From Octadecabacter sp. (lineage in GTDB: Bacteria; Pseudomonadota; Alphaproteobacteria; Rhodobacterales; Rhodobacteraceae), in the NCBI GenBank assembly GCA_018500065.2, contig JAHBAO020000108.1, positions 1 through 40,241 of the forward strand: a stretch of DNA of 40,241 nt. Direction: 5' to 3'. Position numbers and translations under genes: made by a program. The notes beneath the pieces were generated by a model. It worked only from the letters and a program-made list of their open reading frames with translations, was not told the origin of the DNA and ran no database searches. Every line of letters begins with the position of its first letter. Position 1 is the stretch's first letter. Positions 16,811 to 27,446 of the stretch are shown piece by piece.

Positions 16811-17848
16811 ATGAGCGACAAGACTGGCCTGACATATGCGGATGCTGGCGTTGATATCGACGCGGGCAACACGCTGGTTGAACGCATTAAACCTGCAGCC
16901 AAACGCACCAAGCGTTCTGGCGTGATGGCAGGGCTTGGCGGTTTTGGCGCGATGTTTGATCTTAAGGGCGCAGGCTTCAAAGACCCGATCCTTGTGGCGG
17001 CCACAGACGGTGTTGGCACCAAGCTGCGCATCGCGATTGATACTGGAAACGTTGATGGCGTTGGCATTGATCTGGTTGCCATGTGCGTCAATGATTTGGT
17101 GTGCCAAGGTGCTGAACCTTTGTTTTTTCTGGACTATTTCGCGACAGGCAAACTTGAGCTTGAACAGGCGACACGCATCATCAACGGCATCGCTAAGGGG
17201 TGTGAGCTGTCTGGCTGTGCGCTGATTGGTGGTGAAACGGCGGAAATGCCGGGCATGTATCCTGCGGGCGATTTTGACCTTGCCGGTTTCAGCGTGGGTG
17301 CGATGGAACGCGGCGCGGACATCCCGCGCGATGTGGGGGTTGGCGACGTCTTAGTTGGGGTGTGGTCCAACGGGGTCCATTCGAATGGTTATTCATTGGT
17401 CCGCAAGATCGTTGAGAAATCTGGTCTTGCTTGGTCTGATCCATCGCCGTTCTCTGATGGGACATTGGGCGAAGCATTGCTGGCGCCCACGACGCTCTAT
17501 GTCAAAGGTGCCGTCGCCGCGATGCCAGATTTGCATGCTTTGGCGCATATCACGGGGGGCGGGTTGACTGAAAACCTTCCGCGTGTGTTGCCGGAGGGCC
17601 TCGGCGCGACGATTGAATTGAACGCGTGGCACTTGCCGCCCGTGTTTGGTTGGTTGGCCGAACAGGGTGGGCTTGCGCCCGCTGAAATGCTTAAGACGTT
17701 CAATTGTGGTATTGGCATGGTTGCCGTTGTTGCGCGTGATCGCGCACAGGCCGTTGGTGATACGTTTGAAGCGGCTGGCCATAGCGTTTGTGTGCTGGGC
17801 GAAGTCACAGACAGCGGCACGATTGAGTACACAGGATCGCTTTTGTGA
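16811..17848 (+). CDS. purM: Phosphoribosylformylglycinamidine cyclo-ligase (AIR synthase)
   Basis: [49 protein letters not shown]. Confidence 0.97.
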   Translation: MSDKTGLTYADAGVDIDAGNTLVERIKPAAKRTKRSGVMAGLGGFGAMFDLKGAGFKDPILVAATDGVGTKLRIAIDTGNVDGVGIDLVAMCVNDLVCQGAEPLFFLDYFATGKLELEQATRIINGIAKGCELSGCALIGGETAEMPGMYPAGDFDLAGFSVGAMERGADIPRDVGVGDVLVGVWSNGVHSNGYSLVRKIVEKSGLAWSDPSPFSDGTLGEALLAPTTLYVKGAVAAMPDLHALAHITGGGLTENLPRVLPEGLGATIELNAWHLPPVFGWLAEQGGLAPAEMLKTFNCGIGMVAVVARDRAQAVGDTFEAAGHSVCVLGEVTDSGTIEYTGSLL

Positions 17849-18453
17849 AACGCGTCGCCATCCTGATTTCGGGTGGTGGCTCGAATATGGTGGCGCTTGC
17901 GAACAGCATGATTGGTGACCATCCGGCGCGTCCGGTGGTGGTGATTTCCAATGACCCGAAGGCGGGTGGTTTGGCGAAAGCACGTAACCTTGGTATTGCA
18001 ACGGCTATCGTTGATCATCGTGAATACCCTAATGATCGCAATGCCTTCGAGGGGGTACTTCATGCGACACTTGAAGGCTACAAGCCCGACATTGTTTGTC
18101 TGGCGGGCTTTATGCGTATCCTGACCGAAGGGTTCACTGCACGATATGAAGGCCGGATGCTGAACATTCATCCGTCGTTGCTGCCCAAGTACAAAGGCTT
18201 GCACACCCATGCGCGTGCGCTTGAGGCTGGGGATGCAGAACATGGATGCAGCGTGCATGAGGTGACCGCCGCGTTGGATGATGGCCCTGTTTTGGGGCAA
18301 GCCCGCATCGCGATTGAAGACGGGGATACGCCTGACACCCTCGCCAGCCGATTGCTGTCATTAGAACACCAACTTTACCCCGCCGTTTTGCGCCGCTTTG
18401 CGATTGGAGATCGTGCGCCGGTGTATCTTCCAATCAGTGAACCAATCCCCTAA
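17845..18453 (+). CDS. purN: Phosphoribosylglycinamide formyltransferase
   Basis: [28 protein letters not shown]; GTGA overlap with purM. Confidence 0.97.
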   Translation: MKRVAILISGGGSNMVALANSMIGDHPARPVVVISNDPKAGGLAKARNLGIATAIVDHREYPNDRNAFEGVLHATLEGYKPDIVCLAGFMRILTEGFTARYEGRMLNIHPSLLPKYKGLHTHARALEAGDAEHGCSVHEVTAALDDGPVLGQARIAIEDGDTPDTLASRLLSLEHQLYPAVLRRFAIGDRAPVYLPISEPIP

Positions 18454-18506
18454 GCTTACACAGGCGAGCGGGGGGCCGCGACGAATAGAAAAAAGAAAAG
18501 GCCCAG

Positions 18507-19664
18507 ATGAAGACCATCACAACGACGACAGATCTTGCCGCATATTGCGCCGAGGCCGCTAAATATCCTTACGTGACCGTGGACACCGAATTTCTGCGCG
18601 AACGGACCTATTATTCCAAACTTTGCCTGATCCAACTGGCCTATATGGGCGACGGCAAGGATGATGCGGTCTTGGTTGATCCATTGTCTGACGGACTTGA
18701 TCTGGCCCCGCTTTATGAACTGTTTCAAGACGAGAACGTGGTTAAGGTTTTCCACGCCGCCCGCCAAGACCTTGAGATTTTCTATATTGATCAGGGTGTT
18801 ATTCCCGCACCATTGTTTGACACGCAGGTCGCGGCGATGGTTTGCGGGTTTGGCGAACAGGCAGGCTATGAGACGCTGGTACGCAAAATTGCCAAGGATT
18901 CGGTTGATAAGTCTTCGCGCTTTACCGATTGGTCGCGCCGCCCGCTGACGGATGCCCAGCGCACCTATGCGCTGGCGGATGTGACTCATTTGCGCGTGAT
19001 TTATGAATTCCTGTCCGCGCAATTGGACAAGTCTGGCCGCAAAAAATGGGTCGCCGAAGAGATGGCCGTGCTAAATGATCCGACCACATATCAAGCGGAC
19101 CCAGACTTGGCTTGGAAACGCGTAAAAACGCGGACGAGTTCGGGTAAATTTCTGTCGATCGTGCGCGAATTGGCGCGGTTTCGTGAAATCTACGCACAAT
19201 CGCGCAATATACCGCGCAATCGTGTGTTCAAAGATGACGCCTTGGTTGAGGTTGCATCAACAAAACCCGCGTCTGAACAAGACTTGGGGCGTTCGCGCCT
19301 GTTGCTGCGCGAAGCACGCCGTGGCGACATTGCCGAGGGTATTTTAAACGCGGTGAAGGTTGGTTTGGCGGTCAAACCAGAAGACGCGCCGCGCGTTGAG
19401 TCCAGTCGTGAGAAATTACAGGTGAACCCTGCGTTGGCGGATATGCTGCGCGTGTTGGTGAAATCCGTTGCAGATACCGAAGGCGTGGCCCAAAAGCTGA
19501 TCGCCAATAGCGCTGATCTGGATGCGATTGCCGGCGGCATTCGCGATGTCGCGGCCCTGCGTGGTTGGCGCAAAGAAGTGTTCGGTGACGATGCCCTGCG
19601 TCTGTGCAATGGTGAAATCGGCTTGGCCGTGAAGGGCGAAAAGGTCGTTACCTTCGCGCTTTAA
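18507..19664 (+). CDS. rnd: Ribonuclease D
   Basis: VDTEFLRERTYY, FHAARQDLE, FDTQVAA, DWSRRPL, YALADV; HRDC domains. Confidence 0.96.
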   Translation: MKTITTTTDLAAYCAEAAKYPYVTVDTEFLRERTYYSKLCLIQLAYMGDGKDDAVLVDPLSDGLDLAPLYELFQDENVVKVFHAARQDLEIFYIDQGVIPAPLFDTQVAAMVCGFGEQAGYETLVRKIAKDSVDKSSRFTDWSRRPLTDAQRTYALADVTHLRVIYEFLSAQLDKSGRKKWVAEEMAVLNDPTTYQADPDLAWKRVKTRTSSGKFLSIVRELARFREIYAQSRNIPRNRVFKDDALVEVASTKPASEQDLGRSRLLLREARRGDIAEGILNAVKVGLAVKPEDAPRVESSREKLQVNPALADMLRVLVKSVADTEGVAQKLIANSADLDAIAGGIRDVAALRGWRKEVFGDDALRLCNGEIGLAVKGEKVVTFAL

Positions 19665-19670
19665 GCGCGT

Positions 19671-20156
19671 TTAACGACCGGATGTGCGTGCGTTTGTGGC
19701 AGATTGAACCCGAACAGTGCGAATGCCGGTAAGGTCAACGTTATCAATGACATAAGCGGCGCTGATTTGGCGTGACCGCGTTGTGCCGGGCACTTCCAAA
19801 CGGGTTGGCCGTTGCGCGCGGAACTCAAGCATCAGCACGCCGTTTTCAACGCCGCGGCTGATCAGCTCAGCGTTAAAGAACCCTTGGGTTTCAGCGACAC
19901 CAACAGCGCGCACGATGGCGCCACTTGGCGCACGATCAACATTCAGGGACGTGATGCTTTGCACCAGCACGCGGCCATCAACAACGACATCACGGCGGCC
20001 GGCAGGCACCAGCGGGCGGCGCTCTCCAGTTTCGGTCACTGCGGTCTCGGTGCTGTTGCCAAACCAGTTAAAAGGGTTGAAGCGGCTTTCAGAAATCCGT
20101 GCGCAGCCCGAAAGCGTGAGCAGGACAGCAGTGCCTAGAAGTGTTGCGCGCAGCAT
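19671..20156 (-). CDS. Hypothetical lipoprotein
   Basis: Lipobox LSGC followed by SRFNPFNWFG; AAGGGA RBS. Confidence 0.85.
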   Translation of the reverse strand: MLRATLLGTAVLLTLSGCARISESRFNPFNWFGNSTETAVTETGERRPLVPAGRRDVVVDGRVLVQSITSLNVDRAPSGAIVRAVGVAETQGFFNAELISRGVENGVLMLEFRAQRPTRLEVPGTTRSRQISAAYVIDNVDLTGIRTVRVQSATNARTSGR

Positions 20157-20276
20157 GGGTCAGTCCCTTTGGTCTTGTTTGGTACGTCTTGCTAGCCCAA
20201 AGTTGTCCTCATGAAAAGCGGGCACTGGACGTTTGAGGGGGCCGCGCCTAAGTCAGGGGCAAGATAGGGGACTACT

Positions 20277-20678
20277 ATGGCCACGACTGCCTTTGAAGAA
20301 ATTGCTGAAACGTTCGAGTTTCTGGAGGATTGGGAAGACCGTTACGCGCATGTCATCGACATGGGCCGCGAAATGCCGCCCCTTGATGACGCGTTCAAAG
20401 TTCCAGCGACCAAGGTCGACGGCTGTGCATCGCAGGTTTGGCTGGTTCCTAAAGTTGAGGACGGCATATTCACCTTTCAAGGCGCGAGTGACGCGATGAT
20501 CGTCAGCGGGCTGATCGCGATTTTGCACGCCTTGTATAACGGTTTACCTGTGAACAAGATTGCTGGCGTTGATGCCCGTGCAGAACTGGAACGTCTTGGA
20601 TTGAACGATCATTTGTCCGCACAGCGCTCCAACGGGGTGCGCGCGATGATTGAGCGGATTCGCAGCGTTACTGCTTAA
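20277..20678 (+). CDS. sufE: SufE family Fe-S cluster sulfur acceptor
   Basis: DWEDRY, VDGCASQVW, SDAMIVSGL, HLSAQRSNG. Confidence 0.93.
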   Translation: MATTAFEEIAETFEFLEDWEDRYAHVIDMGREMPPLDDAFKVPATKVDGCASQVWLVPKVEDGIFTFQGASDAMIVSGLIAILHALYNGLPVNKIAGVDARAELERLGLNDHLSAQRSNGVRAMIERIRSVTA

Positions 20679-21289
20679 CGCACGGCGGCGAGCGACGTTT
20701 CCAAGTCACCATATCCCGTCAAACGCCGCTCAAACTTCAGCCCAAGTCGTTCGGCGTGTTTTTTGGCGAGTTCGGTCAGGGCAGGGTTGTCCGTTTGCGC
20801 CTGATAGACCATCTTTTCATAGTTCCCGAAATACATGTCGCGCAGGTCGGGGTGGCGATCCATGCCCAGTGGTTTCCAGATAAACGCATCAAACTGGCGA
20901 ACGGAAAAATCTGTCAGATAGAACGCCGTCATCTCGCCCAAGTCCTCAAAAGCGGCATTGCCTTCAAAGAAGCTGTAGCAATGGGGCCCCTCAACCATTT
21001 GCACGCCCATGCGATCACAGGCGGCTTTTAACAGCCCACCCGTGCCGCAGTCCGCATAAACCACATAGATATCTTTAAAATCATCGCGGCGCTCGGACAC
21101 CATTTTTTCAACGGCGGCCACTATTTTATCGGGTGTGTGGTGATAGTTCGCGGGCAGGCAATGTAGATGCAAATGGTCCCAGCCGTTTGCCTCATTCAAC
21201 GCCAGAATTTCGCGCGCCAAAGCGCCACAGGCGATCAGCAGGATTTTGCCCGCGCCATCGGGGACAGTTGGGAGTGATGTGTCATCCAT
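20675..21289 (-). CDS. DUF1638 domain protein
   Basis: IACGALARE, CLPANYH, YADCGTGG, PHCYSFF, FYLTDF; downstream of the corrinoid protein gene. Confidence 0.88.
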   Translation of the reverse strand: MDDTSLPTVPDGAGKILLIACGALAREILALNEANGWDHLHLHCLPANYHHTPDKIVAAVEKMVSERRDDFKDIYVVYADCGTGGLLKAACDRMGVQMVEGPHCYSFFEGNAAFEDLGEMTAFYLTDFSVRQFDAFIWKPLGMDRHPDLRDMYFGNYEKMVYQAQTDNPALTELAKKHAERLGLKFERRLTGYGDLETSLAAVR

Positions 21290-21364
21290 GCGCGGGCCCC
21301 TTCAAATGAAAACGCGTCCGGCAGCAGGGCCACCGGCCGCGCTGGAATTTCAATTTAGCACGTT

Positions 21365-22069
21365 TTAGGCGGTGGCGCCTTGGTTGTGTTTGCGGGCCAT
21401 AAACGTCTTTGCGGTTTCAACGGCCACCGCCGCATCACGACAATAGGCGTCGGCGCCGATGGCCTTGCCGAATTCTTCGTTCAGCGGCGCACCGCCCACC
21501 AGCACGATCATTTCATCGCGGATGCCTTGCTCAACCATCGTGTCGATCACGACCTTCATGTAAGGCATCGTCGTGGTGAGGAGGGCGGACATGCCAAGAA
21601 TATCGGGCTCTTCCGTCGCAATCGCTTCAAGGTAGCTTTCAACGGCGTTGTTGATGCCAAGGTCGACGACTTCGAAACCCGCGCCTTCCATCATCATGGA
21701 CACAAGGTTCTTGCCGATGTCGTGAATGTCGCCTTTGACGGTGCCGATGACCATTTTGCCAACGCGCGGCGCGCCTGTTTCGGCAAGCAGCGGCTTGAGG
21801 ATAAACATGCCCCCCTTCATCGCGTTCGCCGCCAAAAGAACTTCGGGCACAAACAAGATACCATCGCGGAAATCGTGGCCAACGATGGTCATGCCGCCCA
21901 CCAGCGCTTTGGTCAGAATGTCGTAGGGCGCCCACTTGCGTTCGAGCAGGATGTTAACGCCTTCTTCAATCTCTTCTTTGAGGCCATCGTACAGATCATC
22001 AAACATCTGCGCGACAAGGTCGTCGTCGTTCAGGTCTGCGAGGATGATGTCGTCTTCTTGATCGGACAT
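21365..22069 (-). CDS. Stand-alone cobalamin-binding (corrinoid) protein
   Basis: Start MSDQEDD; cap domain FVPEVLLAANAM and B12 motif GDIHDIGKNLV...SALLTTTM...VGGAP. Confidence 0.94.
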   Translation of the reverse strand: MSDQEDDIILADLNDDDLVAQMFDDLYDGLKEEIEEGVNILLERKWAPYDILTKALVGGMTIVGHDFRDGILFVPEVLLAANAMKGGMFILKPLLAETGAPRVGKMVIGTVKGDIHDIGKNLVSMMMEGAGFEVVDLGINNAVESYLEAIATEEPDILGMSALLTTTMPYMKVVIDTMVEQGIRDEMIVLVGGAPLNEEFGKAIGADAYCRDAAVAVETAKTFMARKHNQGATA

Positions 22070-22223
22070 GGGGGAACCCTTTGAAGTGTCGTTAATTGAT
22101 TTGCGCGTAAATGTCGCAGGCGGTCTGGACCGATTGCGACACAAGGTGCCCAGACTGCGACGATCCTGCAAATGAATAACGCGCAGGACGAAGCTGAAAG
22201 ATATTCAGTGTCGTTCTGGGACT

Positions 22224-23252
22224 TTAGCCGCGGCGGCGGCCACGGCGTGGTGCGCGCACTGGGCCCGCGCCGTCCGTTCCATCGGATTCAGACGAGAACC
22301 CACCCATCGCTTCGGTGATTGCCTCAAGCGTTGGCGCGTCGCCTTTGGGGCGGGTTTCGAGCGCTTCGCGCATCGCTTTCAGGTGCTCTGGTGTCGTACC
22401 ACAACAGCCGCCAATGATTGTCGCCCCACTATTGCGCGCAAGGCAGGCATAGTCGGCCATCAATTCTGGGGTGCCGTCATAGTGGATATGGCCGTCGACG
22501 TATTTCGGGATGCCCGCGTTGCCTTTGGCGATGACGGGTTGTTCTGGTCCGGCAGATGCAAAGCCCAAAACGGTGCGCAGCAGATCAGACGCGCCAACAC
22601 CGCAGTTTGCGCCAAACGCGATTGGTGGATTGGGCAGTTTGCCGACAAGCTTTACCAATTCAGCGCTGGTCAGGCCCATCATTGTGCGGCCCGCGGTGTC
22701 AAAACTCATCGTGCCGCACCACGGCATGTCGGCAAGCGCGAAGGCCGCAGCGGCGGCTTTGAATTCGTCGCCAGCGGAAATGGTTTCGACCCAGCACACA
22801 TCCGCGCCGCCTGCTTTCAGGCCCTCGGCCTGTTCGTGAAACATCTCAACGGCGCTTTCGAACGTCAATGTACCGCCCATGTGATCCATGATGTCACCTG
22901 TCGGCCCAACGGACCCAGCAACAACCACTTTGCGGCCAGATTTGTCGGCAACGTCGCGGCCGATTTCGGCGGCTACTTTGTTGATTTCATGCACTTGATC
23001 TTGGCCGTCGTGCAGTTTCAGGCGGGATGCATTGCCGCCAAATGTGTTGGTCAGGAAAATGTCTGATCCTGCGTCAACTGCGCCTTGGTACAGGGCGGTG
23101 ATACGGTCGCGGTGTTCAAAGTTCCAGAATTCCGGCGCGTCGCCAGACTGCAGGCCCATGTTGAACAACGTCGTGCCTGTCGCGCCATCGGCCAAAAGCC
23201 AGTCGCGCGTTGCAAGGAGGTCAGACAGGGTGTTGGGCTGGATCGTGGACAT
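22224..23252 (-). CDS. bmt: Homocysteine S-methyltransferase domain protein (Bmt / split methionine synthase component)
   Basis: LADGATGT, TNTFG, GSVGP, GANCG, NAGIP, IGGCCGTTP (Zn-binding Cys). Confidence 0.9.
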   Translation of the reverse strand: MSTIQPNTLSDLLATRDWLLADGATGTTLFNMGLQSGDAPEFWNFEHRDRITALYQGAVDAGSDIFLTNTFGGNASRLKLHDGQDQVHEINKVAAEIGRDVADKSGRKVVVAGSVGPTGDIMDHMGGTLTFESAVEMFHEQAEGLKAGGADVCWVETISAGDEFKAAAAAFALADMPWCGTMSFDTAGRTMMGLTSAELVKLVGKLPNPPIAFGANCGVGASDLLRTVLGFASAGPEQPVIAKGNAGIPKYVDGHIHYDGTPELMADYACLARNSGATIIGGCCGTTPEHLKAMREALETRPKGDAPTLEAITEAMGGFSSESDGTDGAGPVRAPRRGRRRG

Positions 23253-25101
23253 TTTGGCGTGCTCCTAAGGGGGTCGCACGCGCTTCGCACGCGCGCGCGT
23301 GCGGTGCAATTGAATAATCTTCATCATTTCGCTGAATGAAATTGGGGCGCGGCAAAGGGGGCGGATTGTGAATGGTGTAGGCCAAGGTTGCCATAGTGCC
23401 CACGAGGTCGACCAGGGTGGGGGCGCAAAGGTAGCGGGGGTGCCAAGTCGGGGCGAAGGATTGCTTGAAGCGCCGCAATCCGGCTGAGGCCGCAACCGCG
23501 CGGGCAGCATAAGCGCTTTTCAGTGCCGTTGCCGGGACGGCCGCCAATGAAAAGCGCTTTGCGCCGTCATGAATGGCTGCAAGAATTCCCGAATGGACAA
23601 GGGCATGGAGTGTTCCGTTCGGAAGGGCCGCGCCAGATGGCAAGTGCGCGTGGCGCATGAGGTCCAGCGTCCAGAGATCGCCGGTGTGAAAACTGACGAA
23701 CGCGACCGGCGTCGCCCCAACATAGGCCGCGAATACACGTTGGTGACGCAAGTATTCAGGGCAAAATCGCCCCATCGAATGCCCGCGCTCTCCACCTGAT
23801 GCACGCGCCCATTTTTGCGCGATTTCGGCCAGAGAAGCGGTGTCGCGGACTTCGCAAATGTGCAGGGCTGAGGTTCCAAAGCTTTTAAGTGCGCGGCGTA
23901 GTTGGCGTTTTTCTGCGCCTTGGGTCGACCATGTGGACACATCAATCATCGCATCTTGTGCACACAAAATGGTCTTCCACCCTGATTTGCGTGCAAGAGC
24001 CGCTTGCTTTGCCGAACATTTATAAACGGAGCTTGGCGCGCCTTTTTTGCGCAGGTCCGAGAAGGTTATTGTTTCGGGAAAGTCCCCCAAGACCGCCCCA
24101 TTCCCCCAGCAAGACAGCGTGAGGAGGGGCGCTTTCTTGTGGGGGAAAACTTGGGCCGATTGCTGCGCGAGGGCGGCTTCGGGATGCTTTAACGGACGTG
24201 GAGCGACAGGTTGTGTCGGGCGGATCAGACAAAGCAATGCGATTGCGGCGGGAAGTGCATAATAGATGGTGCGAAACGCCAGAAGTGCCGCCATTGCCGA
24301 GGCAGAATGGCTAACCGGAATAAGTGCGAGCAATGACAGATCAAACGCGCCAACGCCGCCAGGGGCGTTAGAAAGCAGTCCGGCACCAAGGGCCACGACG
24401 TAAGCCGCAAAAAGAAGCTGGAAAGAAATTGGTTCCGGCCACAACACCCAGAGTGCGGCTGCGGCAAACCCAGTGTCCGCTGCGGTCGCGCAAAGTAATA
24501 CGAGGAGCGTCGAGGCCCGAACCGGTGCCGGTATCCAGCCAAGGCGGTGACTGAGGCTTGCTAAGAACACCAAGCCAAAAAGCGAAGCGATGCCACCTAA
24601 AACGAGCGCGTTAGAGTGGGGCATAAGACCAGATGGCGGCACGATCAGCACTGCGACCACGGCGAGCGCGGCCAGAAACGAGAGGCTTACTGCTGCGGAA
24701 AGTCGTGCAACTGCGGCTGCCGTTAAGTCCGGAAGACAACGCCAGCGGACCAACGCACTTGTCACAGCACCAAAACCCAAAGTCTGGGAAACTGCTATGG
24801 CCTTTATACCTGCGCTGCGTGCAAGGCTTGGGTGTTGGCGGGTTTGGAGGACGCGGTGCACCAACACGTCATAGATGCCAATTGCGCGAAAGCTGAGTGC
24901 CGTAAACACTAAGGCAGCGATCCATTGCCACCAATGCAAGGACACGAACGCAGTCCAGATAGCGACGCTGTCTAACTGTGCGATGTGGCGCACAAACAGC
25001 GCCCCAAATACCGCAAGCGCAACAACGGGGACAGTCTTTGAAATCCACCCCGCCCTGACGAAGGTGCGCATCCCCAGCGCGGTTTTTTTAATTTGAGACA
25101 T
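23221..25101 (-). CDS. MprF-like protein (membrane domain plus shortened DUF2156 aminoacyl-transferase domain)
   Basis: N-terminal TM region with SQTLGFG..RWR, APGGVGAFD, LLAFRTIYY; C-terminal RQLRRA, GGERGHSMG, LDLMR, FSLA, GLRRFKQSFAPTWHPRY. Start uncertain (25101 chosen); 3' end overlaps bmt by 32 bp. Confidence 0.8.
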   Translation of the reverse strand: MSQIKKTALGMRTFVRAGWISKTVPVVALAVFGALFVRHIAQLDSVAIWTAFVSLHWWQWIAALVFTALSFRAIGIYDVLVHRVLQTRQHPSLARSAGIKAIAVSQTLGFGAVTSALVRWRCLPDLTAAAVARLSAAVSLSFLAALAVVAVLIVPPSGLMPHSNALVLGGIASLFGLVFLASLSHRLGWIPAPVRASTLLVLLCATAADTGFAAAALWVLWPEPISFQLLFAAYVVALGAGLLSNAPGGVGAFDLSLLALIPVSHSASAMAALLAFRTIYYALPAAIALLCLIRPTQPVAPRPLKHPEAALAQQSAQVFPHKKAPLLTLSCWGNGAVLGDFPETITFSDLRKKGAPSSVYKCSAKQAALARKSGWKTILCAQDAMIDVSTWSTQGAEKRQLRRALKSFGTSALHICEVRDTASLAEIAQKWARASGGERGHSMGRFCPEYLRHQRVFAAYVGATPVAFVSFHTGDLWTLDLMRHAHLPSGAALPNGTLHALVHSGILAAIHDGAKRFSLAAVPATALKSAYAARAVAASAGLRRFKQSFAPTWHPRYLCAPTLVDLVGTMATLAYTIHNPPPLPRPNFIQRNDEDYSIAPHARACEARATPLGARQNVHDPAQHPV

Positions 25102-25254
25102 GCCCATTCCCCACCTCAATTTCAGATTGACCCCACAAGGAGGACATTTGCAGGGGAATGGTTTTACAAAGGTAAAGGCCATCGCGTCTAATGACGGGAT
25201 GGCCCAAACTGTATTCATTGAATTTGAACGAAATTCCGCTCAATCGCACAGGAT

Positions 25255-25569
25255 TTAGACTTCGCCGATCAACTGCTCTTTGGCCTCTGCCATGCACTCG
25301 GCCATTTTCGCGCGGATCGTGGCTTCGTCGGACAAATGACCGATGTCGTTGAACAGTTTGCGGTAGACGTCCTCATGGCCTGCTTCTTCGAAATCGGCTT
25401 TGATGACGTCTTTGGCGTATTCAGCGGCTTCGTCGCCTTCTTTGCCCAGCAAACCAGCGGCCCAGAGGCCAACAAGCTTGTTGCGGCGGGCGTCTGCCTT
25501 GAACTGCATTTCTGCGTCATGGGCGAATTTGTTTTCAAATGCGTTCTCGCGGTCGTCAAAAGTGGACAT
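25255..25569 (-). CDS. DUF1476 / F1Fo-ATPase inhibitor subunit zeta
   Basis: MSTFDDRENAFENKFAHDAEMQFKADARRNKL.GLWAA, matching the Paracoccus zeta subunit N-terminus. Confidence 0.93.
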   Translation of the reverse strand: MSTFDDRENAFENKFAHDAEMQFKADARRNKLVGLWAAGLLGKEGDEAAEYAKDVIKADFEEAGHEDVYRKLFNDIGHLSDEATIRAKMAECMAEAKEQLIGEV

Positions 25570-25709
25570 TTTCGGGCTCCATTAGGTGTTCATACAAGAT
25601 ATGCCCCTCGCAGCGCTTGCCCGCAAGGGGGGCTTGGCTTATGAGGCGCGTATCAGGCCTTTTCTGCCCTCTTTGACCTCCAAAGAGAGGGGCCTGCGCA
25701 GGAGACAGC

Positions 25710-26471
25710 ATGGCACGTCGCAAACTGGTTTATGAAGGCAAGGCGAAGATCCTTTATGAAGGGACTGAGCCGGGGACGCTCATTCAATATTTCAAGGATG
25801 ACGCGACCGCGTTTAATGCGGAAAAGAAAGATATTATCGACGGTAAGGGTGTCCTGAACAACCGCCTGTCTGAGTTCTTTATGCTGGGTCTTCAGCGCAT
25901 CGGCGTGCCGACCCATTTCATCAAGCGCATCAACATGCGTGAGCAACTGATCCGTCAGGTCGAGATCATCCCGCTCGAAGTGATTGTGCGCAACTTTGCC
26001 GCAGGAACGATGGCCAAGCGCCTTGGCATGGAAGAGGGCACACCGCTGCCGCGCCCGATTGTTGAGTTTTCTTACAAGGACGACTCGCTTGGTGATCCGC
26101 TGGTTCCAGAAGAATACATTATCGCCTTTGGTTGGGCCTCGCAGCAGGACTTGGACGATATTGTCGCGCTCGCGCTGCGGGTGAATGACTTTATGGCCGG
26201 TGTTATGCACGGTGTTGGTATCAAACTGATCGATTTCAAAATCGAGATTGGCCGCGTTTGGGACAATGATTTCATGCGCCTTGTTGTAGCCGATGAAATC
26301 AGTCCTGACAGCTGCCGTTTGTGGGACATTGAAAGCGGGCGCAAGCTTGATAAAGACGTGTTCCGTCAAGACCTTGGTGATCTGGCGGATGCCTATACCG
26401 AAGTTGCAAAACGCCTTGGTGTGATGCCGTCAAATGCGACGAACATCACCAAGCCCACACTGATTAACTAA
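25710..26471 (+). CDS. purC: SAICAR synthase
   Basis: [48 protein letters not shown]. Confidence 0.98.
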   Translation: MARRKLVYEGKAKILYEGTEPGTLIQYFKDDATAFNAEKKDIIDGKGVLNNRLSEFFMLGLQRIGVPTHFIKRINMREQLIRQVEIIPLEVIVRNFAAGTMAKRLGMEEGTPLPRPIVEFSYKDDSLGDPLVPEEYIIAFGWASQQDLDDIVALALRVNDFMAGVMHGVGIKLIDFKIEIGRVWDNDFMRLVVADEISPDSCRLWDIESGRKLDKDVFRQDLGDLADAYTEVAKRLGVMPSNATNITKPTLIN

Positions 26472-26489
26472 CAAAGAGAGACTGCTGCC

Positions 26490-26720
26490 ATGAAAGCCCG
26501 CGTACATGTGATGTTGAAAGACGGTGTTTTGGACCCACAAGGGGCTGCCGTGAAGCACGCGCTTGGCGCTCTTGGGTTTGATGGGGTGGACGGCGTTCGC
26601 CAAGGTAAAGTCATCGAGCTTGATCTGGCGGACGGCACATCTGAAGCCCAAGTCGGTGAAATGTGTGAAAAGCTGCTCGCCAATACAGTGATCGAAAGCT
26701 ACCGGATCGAAGTTCTATGA
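26490..26720 (+). CDS. purS: FGAM synthase subunit PurS
   Basis: [23 protein letters not shown]. Confidence 0.97.
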   Translation: MKARVHVMLKDGVLDPQGAAVKHALGALGFDGVDGVRQGKVIELDLADGTSEAQVGEMCEKLLANTVIESYRIEVL

Positions 26721-27385
26721 AGGCGGCAGTCATCCAGTTTCCGGGATCGAACTGCGACCGTGACATGGCTGTGGCGCTTGAGAAATCTGGCGCGGATGTC
26801 ACGACAGTTTGGCACAAAGATGCAGCCCTTCCAAAGGGCGTTGACCTGGTGGCGATCCCGGGCGGGTTCTCGTTTGGGGACTATTTGCGCTGTGGTGCGA
26901 TTGCGGCGAATTCGCCGGTTTGTAACGCCGTTGTCGATCACGCGAATGCCGGTGGCTACGTGCTCGGTGTTTGTAATGGCTTCCAAATTCTGACCGAAAC
27001 AGGCCTGTTGCCTGGTGCGTTGTTGCGCAATGCGGGGCTGAAATACATTTGCCGCACGGTTGGGTTGAAAATCGAAACCAGCAATTCCGCCTATACTGAG
27101 GGCTACACTGCTGGCGTTGAAATCGGCGTGCCGATTGCGCACCATGACGGCAATTATTTTGCTGATGATGCGACGATTGCGCAGCTTAAAGGCGATGATC
27201 GCGTGGCCTTTACCTACACCGACAACCCGAACGGATCGCGGGGCGATATTGCTGGTATTTTGTCGGAAAACCGTCGTGTACTGGGCATGATGCCACACCC
27301 CGAACGTGCCTTTGAAGACGCCCACGGTAACACCGATGGTCAGCGTCTTTTTGCCGGTTTGATGGCGCAACTGGCCAACGCCTAA
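26717..27385 (+). CDS. purQ: FGAM synthase glutaminase subunit PurQ
   Basis: [32 protein letters not shown]. Confidence 0.97.
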   Translation: MKAAVIQFPGSNCDRDMAVALEKSGADVTTVWHKDAALPKGVDLVAIPGGFSFGDYLRCGAIAANSPVCNAVVDHANAGGYVLGVCNGFQILTETGLLPGALLRNAGLKYICRTVGLKIETSNSAYTEGYTAGVEIGVPIAHHDGNYFADDATIAQLKGDDRVAFTYTDNPNGSRGDIAGILSENRRVLGMMPHPERAFEDAHGNTDGQRLFAGLMAQLANA

Positions 27386-27446
27386 GCGGTGTGATGGACG
27401 CCGCGCGGGTAGGGCGGTAGTATCTTGAAATGACCTGGGGAACTTT

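Noticed and set aside
22070-22223. Cobalamin or SAM riboswitch between bmt and the corrinoid gene
   Set aside because: No B12-box or SAM-riboswitch consensus recognised by eye; an Rfam scan would be decisive.
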